From positions 1 to 64,000 of the forward strand of contig CDMY01000390.1 of NCBI GenBank assembly GCA_001179505.1: a DNA stretch of 64,000 nucleotides, in the 5' to 3' direction. Of the stretch, positions 49,385-61,889 are shown one piece after another. The notes beneath the pieces are model-generated. The model did no database searches. It worked only from the letters and a program-made list of their open reading frames with translations, and was not told where the DNA came from. Both the position numbers and the translations under genes were made by a program. The stretch's first letter is position 1. The number at the start of each line of letters is the position of its first letter. Source of the DNA: Vitrella brassicaformis CCMP3155. Lineage: Eukaryota; Protista; Chromerida.

Positions 49385-52300
49385 TCAAACAATCGACTTC
49401 CCCTGTCTCTCCTGCTCCTCCTTGGCCTGCTGCTTGGCCTGCTGCAGCAGGTTGTTCCATCGTGACCCCCTCCTCTCCCGATCCTCCTTGGCCTTCTGCA
49501 GCGCCATGTTCCATCGTGACCCCCTTCTCGGCTGCTCACCAACTTCCTCCTGCGGCTCCTCTTTCTTTTGCTGTCCAGCCGCTCGCTGTGGGGATGTTGG
49601 CGAGGCCGAGCCGAAGCCGACTGAAGGCCTGGCGACAGTCTTGGCTTCAGGGGACCGGTGTAGGTCGATTTCGCTCCACTGCGATGCTCGGCGGACGTCG
49701 GATTGGCGGCGTGGGAAGTCCTGCGACGGGCTTGGCAGGTCCTCCAGGGACGAGTCGGGAGTCGACTCTTCATCAATGTGCTGGGCCGTGGTGTCGGTGG
49801 GGCGCTGGTGACCACCCAGGTACTGCTGGTCGAACATCTGAGCGAACCTCGACTGCACACTCCCGCGCTTGACGCCTGAAGAGACACAGAGATTTTGCTT
49901 TCTTTCAACCTCGGTGTCTCCGTGTCTCGTCCCTTTGCCCTTTTGTGACCTCTGTCGAATGCGGCCATGTAGTCCACCGACTGGTGAGAGGTGTGAGATA
50001 CGATGGACGACCGACGGTCACTCTCATCGTCACTCATCGCCCGCACGCTGCCCCTTCCCTTGGCGACGCGCTCGCCCTCGCCGCCCTCGTGACCACACGA
50101 TGAGACAGGCGACTCCTTCTCAGTCGGCTCACTGCCCGTAGATGTGCGGCAGCCGCGCTCCACCTCCGCTTCAGAGTCACTCGTCGTTGCTCGTGGGGGG
50201 AGTCTGACCACCTGCACTGGCGGTGGCAGCTGCTCGGTGTCGCTGGGCAGTGCAGCCGGCGGAGAAGGCTGCTCCGCTGCCGCCGATGACGAGAGGAAGG
50301 CCTTGCTCGTGGCCGATACGGCTGTGCTCCAGAGAGCGCCGAAGATGCTCTTGCTGGTGGAAGGGAGCGGCGATGAGGTGGGCGATGGGCTTCGCTCACT
50401 CTGCGCCCGCAGCGGGAGAGCGACGGCGTTCTTGACAGCCTGGTCGGGGACGACAGGCTCGGGCGGAGGAGTGCTGATCAGTGGGGGGGCGCTCTTGGTG
50501 GTGAGGGCGTCTGCCTGGGAAACAGGGGATGGCACGTTGACGACGCTGTCCCTCTGGCGCGAGACGGTGACATGGTGCTGGTGGAGGTCGAGCTGGTCAG
50601 GGGTCATGTAGTCGACGATGGATCGCCTCCCCGCCACTTCAGGCTGCTCCTGCGCCCGCCACAGCTTGACCGCCTCGATGAGCGCCACGTCAAAGTCATC
50701 CACGTTGGTCGACGACGATCGCCGGGGCCTCTCCTGTGCCTGCGCTCCACTGAGGTCGACGTCAAAGTGCCTGAGGAAGTTGAAGCAGCCGTCGCAGACC
50801 TTGCACCACGTCTCCTCCGCGCCCCCCTTTTCAGAAGCGGCGAAGGATCCCTTGTCCTTGGTCGCCAAGGCCTCCACCATAGCTTTCCTCATCTCTTGCT
50901 CGGCATTTTCGCGGGCCTCGGCAAAGTCACGTCTCGTGGGGGAGGCCTCGGCCATCGTGACGCGCTTCTGTGGAGAGAATGAACTCGTTGGCGCGCGGCG
51001 CAAGGACAGGGAGAACCGGGACTTGCGTCGCTCGGCGAGCTGCTCTGCAGCCGGCGAACCTGCCGAGGGCGATGGGGGCATGGCAGTGGGAGACATGGGC
51101 GAGGGGCTCGAAGGAGCGGCCGCCCCTCCTTGCCAGAGACTGAACCGTCGGACACCTGCAGATAGACAGAGAGATGAATGAAGGGGTGGGTCAGATAAAG
51201 AGGAGGGGTGCGGTGCATGCCATGTATGGGATGGGCGGGACGGGCATTCACCTCACCTGCCATGGGCGACTTTGGGATTTTGGGTTGTCCGTCGTCTGCG
51301 ACGGCTCCCGGGGCAAGGCTCCCGGGGATCTTGGCTCTCTTGCTGCAGCACTTGGGGCACAACTCAATGCCACAACGACCGCACACTCTAGACAACACAC
51401 AAACAGAGGGAGAGGGAGAGGGAGAGACTGGGGATTGATATCACGTATGGATGTGGGTGTCGTGTCGTGTCTCAGCTCTTTTGCAATTTGCTCACTCGCG
51501 AGGGATGTTCATGAAGAGCTGCTCACAGATAGCGCATGATGATGCGACCAGGCTGGCCCCCGGTGTGCGTTCGGGGTCCTCCTCAACGTCCCCTGCCCGC
51601 GGCCCCGCATTCGGGCGGCCCCAGAAGTGCAGCTTCTCGCGCAGACCCTCCTCCGCCATCGACGGCCATTTCAGACGACTGAATCAATCAACGAATGAGG
51701 AAATGAGTGAATCATTGGGTCAGTGCGGGCAAACACATCTATCTGCGCACAATCTATTAAAATTGCTTGTGTGCTTTGCTTGTTTGTGTGCTTACGTGTA
51801 TTCGTCTTTGAGTCGAATGATTTCGTTGTAGTGTCTCTTGACGAGCAGCTCTGGCTTGCCCACCTCGTCGCTACCCGTGCTGCCCCGCCGCCCGCTGCTC
51901 GGCGAGTCGTCCTCACTGCCGCTCTCCCAACTCTCGGGCTCACCACCTCGGTCGGCAGCATGGTCGCTCTCTCGGTCAGCCAGCCGCGACCTGTCCCACC
52001 CGATGGCGCCAAAGCTGGCCAGGAGGAGGGCGATCGCCTTGTGCTTGACGAGCTCCGAGGGAATCTGCCCCGGACCGCCGCCGCTGCTCGTGCCTTCACG
52101 CTTGTTGGGATGGGCGCCGAATCGGAGGAGCAGCTCAGTCATCTTGCGGTCGCCCTTTAGAATGGCCCAGTGGAGGGGAGTCTGCTTGGCTCGGTCGTCT
52201 GAAAACCAAAGGCACACATATATGCGATGCGTGTCTGGCAAATGCTTGCACGATTGAAAGGAAAGACAATGACTGCACTAACGCACGCACACACACACGC

Positions 52301-54043
52301 ACTTGTGGTGACATTGGGGTCAGCCCCGGCCCGCAGAAGTCGCTCAGCCGCCTCGAGGTGCCGCTCCACAACGAACACGTGGAGAGCCGAGACGTCAGGC
52401 AGCCCTTGGAAGCCCCGCCTTTGCCCTCGTGTGCTGTCTTTCTCGTCCCCGCCCGCCGCAATCGACACGTACACCCTCTTGGAGGTCCGTGAATCGATGC
52501 CGGGCGGGAAGCGCAGCAGATGGCCGAGGATGAGGAAGGCGGCCGTCTCATTGGGGATGCGGGCGGCCAGCTGCGGCACGGACCGCCCGCCGTAGTCGAG
52601 GATGTAGGGGTTGGCGCCGGCCTGCAGCAGCAGCCGCACCGCCTTGGGACTGCCTGCACGGATGGCCATGACCAGAGGGGTCTCGTTTGCATAGTTGAGG
52701 GGATCCAACTACAGGCAAGGAGAGAGAAGAAACATGTACACATGTGCAGGGTATATATACAGACATGTCTGTAGGTGGTGTAGTGGGTCTACAATGATAT
52801 CGAGTCTGAGTAGCAGCGACAGTGTCCTCAGACTGCCAGTGAATGCGGCGATGTGGAGGCCGGTGTTATCCCACTCGTCGGGTTGATCGGGGTCCTCGCG
52901 GTGCAGCAACATCATCCGCAGGCCCTCCAGATCGTCATGCATCGCAGCATGGTACACAGTGCCACCAACCTGACAGTAAATAAACCACACACAGAGGAAT
53001 CCTTTGTGTCAAGGAAGGGTGAGACACGCACCTTCTCATGGCCGACGAGCAGCCGCTTGTACACCGGGTTTGGGAGGAATGTCGCGCCCAACATCGGATC
53101 TCTCGTCCGCCTTCTGCCCGACGCGTCTTTCAATGACTCATGCGGCCCCTTCTGACGCCCCTGACTGCCGTCGCTTGGATACACCCAGGCGTGAATCGCC
53201 CTGCGGAGGGTGTTGAGAAACAGCCTGCGCTCTTCTGTGGACTCGAAGCATATCATGCCCTGGAAGGCCACTGTGGCGGACAGGGGCTCTTCGAGGGCGA
53301 CGACGGACTCGACTGCGATTCCGGGGAGGCTGTGGGTCTGCCATTCGAGCAAAGAGGGGGCGGTCTTGCGCTTGGGGTCCTTCTTCACCGGCCTGCCGTC
53401 TGCTGAGATCTGGTCCTGCAGACAGACAGACAGACAGACAGACAGACGTACACACGGAGGCACATCATGTCCAGTCCAGTAGATGGCACGCCTGCATGTC
53501 TCCTCTACGCATGTCTGTGTGGCTCCGTCGCCCCTCACTGACCATCATGACGTGGCACCTCATCCATCTGAAGGGGATGGTGCGGTGGTGCTTGAACTTG
53601 CCGCTGGTGGAGGGGGGCTGAGTCAGCATCAGGCAGTCGGTGCAGATCATCGCCCATTGGGTGACGAAGTCACCCATCAGCAGCTGAGTCGTCAGCTGCT
53701 TCCGAGGCCGGTACACGATCCCGTGGGCGAAACACCTGACCACGCACAGACCATCATCCACAAAAGACAAAGGCGTGCAGTGCGAGAGAGCGCCTCTGAC
53801 AGCATGAATGGGTACTTTCGCTCTCCCGCTGGCGTGACGGCCTTGATATAAGGGCTCTGGTCCGCCCCAATGAGGTCATTCCACCTGTCCTCGTGCACAA
53901 TAGGCATATCCGATTCTCTGGTCCCCCACTGGTAAGAAGGGCAAACTGCAGGGCAAACTCACAGCTCCAAAACACTCTCTTTCTTCGGGGGGAAGGGGGG
54001 AGAGAAGGGACTCTCTCGTGGGGGCTAAGCTCGCGGCCCCCAT
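49385..54043 (-). CDS. PH-like + ankyrin-repeat + FYVE-like zinc finger protein with long Ser/Pro-rich tail
   Basis: PH-like exons (…ICFESTEERRLFLNTLRRAI), ankyrin repeats (TGLHIAAFTG, TPLVMAIRAG, TPLHWAILKG), Cys pairs CAIC/CGRC/CPKC/CDGC; stop at 49385. Confidence 0.72.
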
Positions 54044-54122
54044 GCGAGCTTGAGCAGAGGCTCGAAAACTGAGGAACTCAACTGGACATCTGCAGCCATC
54101 CCGTGTGAACACTTGGCGGATT

Positions 54123-57100
54123 ATGACGTCCAGCAGCTCCCGCGGGGACTCTCGGCACAACGAGCGGATCCTGTCGACGCTCAAGAGGAATCTGCCCTCG
54201 GACATGATGGCAGAGATCTCCGAGAGGATGGGTGCTCTCGTCGCGTCCGCCGGCACATCATATGAGACGAAGACCTGGCTTGACTTCGTCACCGCCCTCG
54301 CCCGCCACCCCAGCCGAGTGCGGCCAGCCGGGGCGGAGGATCCCCTCTTGAAGGTGCTGTTGATGTGTCCAGAGCGTGTGAAGGGCGAAGCGCGGCGTAT
54401 CATTTTAAGTGGCGGCATCACCCGCAGCGACTCTGCAATGGCCGCCCGCCCAGCGCCCATGGAAATCGAGATAGAAGACGACAACCTACCCGCTGCCGCA
54501 GCTGCTGATGGTGCAGCCAGTCGTGCCAGCAACACGCCCGCCGGCTCATCTGCATCATCCAATCGCAAGCGACACCCGCCCCTCTTCCCTCCCAAGGACC
54601 CCCCTCCACCCAGCAGCAAGGCATCAAAGCGGACCGAAAGCGCTAACGGGGCAGCGACCAGGCGGAAGGGCCAATCATTCCACCAGCGCGTGGGCTATGA
54701 GGGTGCGGAAAGGGACACGCCCTTCAGGCCACAGAGGGCGGCCAAGCAGCCACCTGGTGGTGCTGGTGCATCGGCGCGGCGCAACCAGGGCAAGATCGAC
54801 CCCAGTGCGGCCATCGAGCGGCGCAAGAAGAAGGCTCGGGAGGGCAACGGCGAGATTTCTTTTGACGCTCCTGTGGTGAGCGTGGCCAGCCTCTCGTTGG
54901 AGGACGACAGCCGAGATGCAGTGCCCCCGCTGGCCCAGAACGAGAACAAGATCCACGACACCAAGGTCTACTTCCCCTTCCGGCCGGCGAGGGCGCAGCT
55001 GGTGGCGATGCGGACGGTGCTGGAGGCCTTGAAGGAGACCACACCTAGCAGAGAGGGAGGCGGAGGGGGAGGGGGAGAGGGAGAGGGGCAGGACGGTGGG
55101 GATGTAGACATGGCGGCTGCAGCAGCGGGTGACAAGGACAAGGCGACGACGAACCTGCCACCCGTGGGCAAGGATGACCTCAATGTTGCCTTTGTAGAAT
55201 GCCCCACAGGTCGGCAAGCCACACCCACAATCATTGCCCCCTTTCATTCATTCTGTGGTATGGTCTTCAGGCACGGGCAAGACGATCGCACTGCTCTGTT
55301 CCGTATTGGCGTACCAGCACAGCATGGCGCAGGAGGCGGCGGAGGGCAGGATCAAACCAGAGCAGGTGCCCAGGGTCTTCTACGCCACCCGCACCCACAA
55401 ACAACTAGATCAGGTTCGAAACACGTACCTGTGTGTGTATGTGGGTGGCTTCATCTGCTGTCGTGTCGGTGTTTGTGCCTGTGCCTGTGTGTGAGTACAG
55501 GTAGTTTCCGAGTTGAAGAAGACGCCGTATCGGCCCCTGATGACGCTGCTGGCGTCACGGGAGCGGTTCTGTCTGCACCACACAGTCATGGCGGCCCCAA
55601 ACAAGGTACACCTCCAACGTGGGCTTCCTCGGGTCTGGATGGCTATGATGTGTGTGCGGGATGCTCATTGTGTGTGTGTGTGTGTGTGTGTGCAGGCCGA
55701 GGCGTGCGAGAACGCCACGTTCATCGACAACATGGAGTGCATGCACCTGCAGCACCACGAGGGCATCAGATACCCTGCCAACTTCCTCAAGGTCTGTCTG
55801 TCTGGTGACGACCAACACACACACAAGGTGTCAGTCGCCGTGTACGCATCTGTGCTCAGCACTACACTCCCGGGCGAGAGGGTCATCTGGCGGCCTTTGA
55901 CATCGAGGAGCTGGTCAAGGAGGGCAACGAAGCATTCATCTGCCCCTACCACACCACCCGCGACCTGCTGTCGGAGGGCGCGGCACTCATCCTCCTGACC
56001 TACTCGCAGGTCTTCGACCCCCCAATACGCACAGCCAACTCCTTGTTCAATGCGCTGCCGGGCAGCATACTGGTGAGTTTTCGGAAAGCGCCGTGGGGGA
56101 GGGCTGTCCACAGGCGCACGTGTGCTGCGGTGTTGCAGATACTGGATGAAGGGCACAACATCGACAGCGTGTGTCGGGACGTCGCGACGCTGGAGCTGAC
56201 CACCACCAAGGTCGGACACACACGCGTCCACAAACACACGAACCATGCATCGCATCTATCTGCCTCTACACGTGCTCCCATGTTGTGTTGGTTCAAACGA
56301 CTGTGGGTCGGGTCAATTTCTCCGTGCAGTTGTACGAGATGCTGGAGGATCTGCAGCGGATGCACGAGGTCCTCGCCAGCAATGCCGAGCACTCCAACCT
56401 CCTCCCCATCAACGCCTCCTTCCAGACACTCATATACGACCTCATGTCATTCACCCTGGCACAGCACTCAGAGGCAACATCCACACGACCCCCTCCCTCA
56501 GCACCAGCGCCTCCGCCGGCGCCAGCGCCATCCCGCGCCCCCAAGCCCATCAGCCGGACGTCGTCGATGAACTCGATCAGCGCGGAGCCGCCGCGTGGCT
56601 TGCCGGTGGGTGCGACAGGCTGGCGGCAGGTGAACCTGTCGTCGGGCGGAGTGGGAGGGAATGGCGGCGATAAGGAGGTCACACATTGGGTGCAGGTACG
56701 CTCGCCGCAGACAAGGGTGGGAAATGGATGTCGACGGCCGTGTGAATTCGTGTCCGTGTGCATTCTGTCCTGTGTTTGTCTGCAGGCCGGCACCGACGCC
56801 CTGGGAAAGCTCATCGGCATCTCTGACCTCTCGCGGCCGACAGTCAAGCGCCTCCAGGATCAAATCAGGCAGATGCGAAAGGCGCTGCAGGTACGCACAC
56901 ACGCATGCCATACACGCCCAGACATTCGTCCGCCATTCTCTCCCCCCTCCCCCACAGGCAGAGGGGTTCGAATCGACGGCTGTGAAGAGCGGCACCATTA
57001 ACGCCCTGGAGGGCCTCCTGTCGCGGCTGGACTTCTTCATCCACTCCCGTGGCGAACCCTACAAGTGCTGCATCTCAGCCCTCCACACCGCCCCACTGCA

Positions 57101-58905
57101 GGGAGCCGCCCGGGGCGGGGCAGCAGCCTCCCATGGCATCGGCTCAGCCCCGCGGCGAAGGGCCAAGAAGATGACACGGCAGGAGAAGGAGACAAGACAC
57201 CTGGCGGCCAAGCACCGGTACGCCGACTTGACTGGCAACAGCGACGACTCCCGTCCGCCGTTCGAGGCCACCCTCACCCTGCTGTGCCTCGACGCATCCG
57301 TGGCCTTCCGCCCTGTGGTCGAGTGGACGCAGCTGACCATTCTCGCGTCGGGCACCCTCTCACCCATGGACGCACTCGCGCGCGAGCTCATCTCCTTCGG
57401 GCTGAAGCCGTCCAAGTCGTCCCCCCGCCCCCTCCCTCCTGTGTCGACCGACGGCCTCCAGAAGGCCATTCACGTCAGCACAGTGCAGCAAGGAGAGGAC
57501 GGCGAGGATGAGGGCGAGGCCAGGACGGTGGCGGTGCGGCTGTGGGCGCTGACAGCGCCGCACTTTGCGTCGCTGCAGGACAACCTCGTGAGTCGGCTGC
57601 TGCAGTATGGGCCGGTGGGGCTGGAGGGGTTCAAAAGGGGAGGTGGCGGAAAGGACAGATTCGCCAAGCTCGACATGTCCTATCAGTGCCGAAGGCAGCC
57701 TGACCAGCAGGACGCACTGGGCGGTGCCATTGTAGCACTCGCACACATCGTCCCGAACGGGCTGCTGGTGTTCGTCCCGTCCTATGGGGTGCTTAAGGTG
57801 CGTGCGTCAGGCGAGAGGGACAACAGACACGACACCGTACTCTATGGATGCGTCTGTGTGGTGATGTGTGTGTGTGTCAGATGTTGGTGGATCGGTGGCG
57901 TGTATCGGGTCACATGGCGGAGATGGAGAAGCGGAAACGTGTGCTGGTGGAGCAGCAGGGCATGTCCGCCGACGCATTCGACCAGATGCTCAAGACATAC
58001 CACGATGTAATCACACGAGGGGGAAGGAGCACCGCCACACCACACCACACCACACACCATGTCACGGATGGGATCTGTCCGGCTGCCTTGTCAGGCCGCT
58101 AAGGACAAGAAGGGCGTGTTGCTGCTGGGCGTGTGTCGCGGGCGGGCCAGTGAGGGCGTCAATTTCAAGGACCACAACGCCAGGTACCGACCTGGACACA
58201 CCACACGGTGGCACACCCATCCCTCCCTCATGGAACCGATGGATGGATGGATGTATGGATGTGTGTGTGTGTGTGGACCTGTAGGGGTGTACTCATAGCT
58301 GGCATCCCCTACCCTCCCCTGAAGGACCTGCAGTCGGTGCTCAAGCGCGAGTACAACGATGCGGAGAGCCGGAAGGGCGAGGAGGGGGCTGTGGTCAGCG
58401 GCAATGAATTCTACCAGATGGAAGCGTTCAGGTGAGGAAGACGAGCGGGCTCCCGGGCGGACTGTCGTGTGTGTAAGGCGGGCGTGTCTGCGTGTGGTTC
58501 AGGGCCGTCAACCAGTGTCTCGGTCGCCTTCTTCGGCACAGCAAGGACTACGGCTGCGCCATCCTGCTCGAGCAGCGATACGCGCAACAGACGCACAGAC
58601 TCCCCGGCTGGTTCACCGGCCAGCTGCCCCCCATTCCCAGCCAATTCTCGGCCCGCAATGCCTTCTCCGACACCCTCAAGGACGTCGGTGCCTTCTTCAA
58701 GAACAAGAGCGACGCCAACCTGCCCCCACAGCCACAAGCGCCGCAGCCGTCGGACCCGACCCGCCCTCGGCTCGATGGTCAGGCGATGATCATGAACAGG
58801 GGCGTGGCACCGTCGTCACGCGGGCCGTCGTCACGTGCGAGTTCGAGGGAGTCGTCTCGGGGTAGCTCGAGGGATGGGCAGAAGGGCAGGAGGAAAGGCA
58901 AGTAG
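54123..58905 (+). CDS. XPD-family Fe-S DNA helicase, FANCJ(BRIP1)/RTEL1-like
   Basis: VYFPF, ECPTG|TGKT, YATRTHKQL, LASRERFC, ICPYY, ILDEGHN, ILASGTLSP, LVFVPSY, VCRGRASEG, GIPYP, RAVNQCLGRLLRHSKDYG; four candidate Fe-S cysteines present. Confidence 0.92.
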
Positions 58906-59197
58906 TGTAGTGCAGTGAGTGCATCATTCGTTGGGTGCCAGTGGGGTGGGAGACTCGTCTGGTGGTACGTGGCGTGGGTTGGTGTCAGTGCGTAACTCGT
59001 CCAATCCAATCGACGCTGATCTGATTGATGTGCGTGATCGATGTCGATCAATCTTCCAATGCATTGAATTGACAGATCGTATTAATGCCAGCGACAACTC
59101 AGAAATGAAAGAGATGCAACATGCATTTGATCATTTTAGCTGAGCATGCATCTGTCTTCTCATGTCTTGTCGCTGTGTGTCCTCTCTCTCATGTCAC

Positions 59198-60805
59198 TCA
59201 TTCCTGAGCGATGAGGCCAGTCAGCGTGTCGGAGAGTGTCTTGGCGATGGCCTCCGTCTGCTGGGTGACTGCCTGGAGTGGTGTGGCAAGCTCTTTGGCA
59301 TGGTCCTCGCCATACACAGCCACACCTTCATCGTACAGCGCTTGCTGCTGCACACACAGACAGACAGCGAGAGGGAGAGAGACAGGGATGAGTTTGTGAA
59401 GGTCTGTGTGTCTGATGTTCGCCACCATTTGGTGGAGTGCGTATGCGACACACGCGCCCACGAGCGCCAGAAACAGCACAATCAGCAAAATGTCCATCGT
59501 GTGGGACGAACCTGACAGTCACATCGTGTCATGCACACACACGTCTGTCTATGTGTGTGTGTGTTTCATGAGATACCGCCGGGTGCGTGGTGTTTGGTCG
59601 GCAGGCGGTGTTCGATCAGCTCAATCGCCTCAAGCAGTCCATCCTTGAGATTGTCGCCATTCAGCTGACACACACACACACACACACACACACATGGATG
59701 GATGGATGGATGAGTGTCTTCAGCTGACACACGTGAATGGCTCGTTCGATGTCTCGTTCGATGGTGAACTTGGCGGCCTCGTTGATGTAAGGCTCCAGCC
59801 CCTCACGCCAACGCACTACTGCACACACGATGGACACACACATCCACACACACGGTCATTGGTTGTGTGTCCATCCATCCATCCATCCATCCAATCGTCT
59901 GTGTGTGTGTGTGTCGACTCGCCGGCCATGTGGTCCTGGACTGAGTACAGCAACAGAATGCCGTCGTGACACTGACACACACATAATCCGTGTGTGTGTC
60001 TGCGTGAGTCCGTCGAGTGGGAACGAGCCGACCTGTTTGTGTCCGATTCCGTAAGTGACGAGCAGTTTCTCTGCGAACGAGTTGGCGTAAGTGTTGAGTT
60101 CCGTTCGTTCGTCGTGCTTGGCCCTCTTCTTGTCCTTGGCGAGTGAGTAGGGCAGCTTGGCCATGAGTGCGATGGCCAGTTGGTAGAAGGTCTTGCCGAG
60201 GCTTCCACAGGCGTGCTGCGTCTCCTGTCTGAACTTGAGCAGTCGCGTGTCGACGTCGTTGGCCTCGTCGTCGGTGAGCCATCCGTCGGGGTCGCACAGC
60301 CAGGTGGTCTCGCCCGCCTCGGCCGCCTCGCCGCGGTTGCAGCTCGTGGGGTCCAGGAACGGACTCGGGTAAGTCGACAGGGACCACTCCCTGCAAGCCA
60401 AGCACCGTATCGCACACTCACACACACAAAACAGACAGACAAGGCGTGATGTGGGGATGAGTGAATGAGTGAATGAATCAGCGTGTCGTGTTTGGTGCTT
60501 CACTCACATGGTCGCATTCCTGTACATTTGCAAAGCAAACACACGGACAACGAGACGCTCAATGACTGTGTGTGTCTCCTCTGATGTCTGCTCGCTCACT
60601 TCTTCTGAGTCGGTCCGCCGCTCTTGACGCCAGTCGGGTCGGCGTGTGAGAGAGGGCGGAAGGAAAACCGCACAGACTGGCTGTGGGTGTCTGCCGATGG
60701 CTGCACGTCGGTGAAGAATGCCTCGTCCAGCTGATAGGTCTGCTGGGCTGAAGCACCCCAGACGAGCAGGGCACAAACACTCACAATGACCAGCTTCATG
60801 GTCAT
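59198..60805 (-). CDS. Type I membrane protein with TPM/MOLO-1-like ectodomain
   Basis: Signal peptide MTMKLVIVSVCALLVWGASA; YPSPFLDPTSC...LCDPDGWLTDDE (MOLO-1-like start); GILLLYS; DGLLEAIELI; TM ILLIVLFLALVGACVAYAL; stop at 59198. Confidence 0.78.
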
Positions 60806-60974
60806 CTTGCTCGCCCGCACACGCAGAGAGAGAGAGAGGGCTTCTCGATTGGTGGTTAATCAACCAAAGTGTACAAACAAACACGTACATGTACATGTAC
60901 ATGTATACGTATGCCATGTCCGTACACACTCTCTCATATAGACAGACACAAGCGAGTGGGTGAATTCGAATCAT

Positions 60975-61889
60975 CTAGGGCATATTCACAAAGCCGCCTG
61001 CAGCTGCCTGTGGCTGTTGCATCACAGCTGCCGGGCCTCCCATCGCCATATACCCCACCGGCGCTACCGCAGGCCCTCTCGGCTGCTCGTACACCACTTG
61101 CGGCGGCTGCTGCTGCGGCACGTAGTACTGCTGCTGCTGTTGCTGTTGGGGCAGAGGGACGTATTGAGGCACCTGCACCACAGCAGGCGCCTGTGGCTGC
61201 TGTACCGCCGACCAGCCGTACTGCACTGGGACGACGGGCTGTTGGTAGAGAGGGGCAGGAGGAGGCGTCTGGATGTAGGCGGGCGACACCGGCCGAGGAA
61301 TGTCTTGAACAAAAATAGGCTGGGTTGCAGGCGAGTAGTGGCTGATCGAGCTCGGCGGCTGCGCGATGTAGGAAGAAGGCGAGGTCAGCGGCATCATTTG
61401 TTGCTGCGTGGTTGTCTGATACGTCTGATACATGATACCGTCCCCATTCTCCTTTCCATGTTGGCCATGCTCGCTGATGCTCCTCAACTTCGCTGGAGAG
61501 CTGCTTGTGCTCCGATGCGGATAATTTGTAGCCGCTGCGCCATCACCAGACGGCCGCGATGCCATGGATAAGTCAACGGTTTCATCGCTGTCTTCAGTGG
61601 TCTTCTCGAAGCTGCACGTGCACCGCAGTCGGCTGTCCTCAGACAAAGAATTGGAGAGCTGGATCAGCGATGCCGCCCCTGCAGAGCTCTCATTGGCTGT
61701 CATTCGAGGCCGCCCCGCACCCTCTCCCTGTGGTGGGATCTCGATGAGCACGGGCACAGAGTAGAGGTGCTGCCTTTCGACGCGGGTTGTGCCGTCCTCA
61801 TCTTGAGAAACCTGCAGGAGGGGGTGCCACGACTGCAACGCGTGCGTGGTGGAGGCCAAGAAGCCCAGCAACAGCACCGATTGAAACAT
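60975..61889 (-). CDS. Intronless secreted protein with Pro/Gln/Val/Tyr-rich C-terminus
   Basis: Single ORF; signal peptide MFQSVLLLGFLASTTHA; C-terminal YQQPVVPVQY/VVQVPQYVP/QQYYVPQQ composition. Confidence 0.7.
   Translation of the reverse strand: MFQSVLLLGFLASTTHALQSWHPLLQVSQDEDGTTRVERQHLYSVPVLIEIPPQGEGAGRPRMTANESSAGAASLIQLSNSLSEDSRLRCTCSFEKTTEDSDETVDLSMASRPSGDGAAATNYPHRSTSSSPAKLRSISEHGQHGKENGDGIMYQTYQTTTQQQMMPLTSPSSYIAQPPSSISHYSPATQPIFVQDIPRPVSPAYIQTPPPAPLYQQPVVPVQYGWSAVQQPQAPAVVQVPQYVPLPQQQQQQQYYVPQQQPPQVVYEQPRGPAVAPVGYMAMGGPAAVMQQPQAAAGGFVNMP

Noticed and set aside
58810-58880. SSR[GAED] pentapeptide repeats at the helicase C-terminus
   Set aside because: A low-complexity tail with no evidence of function.
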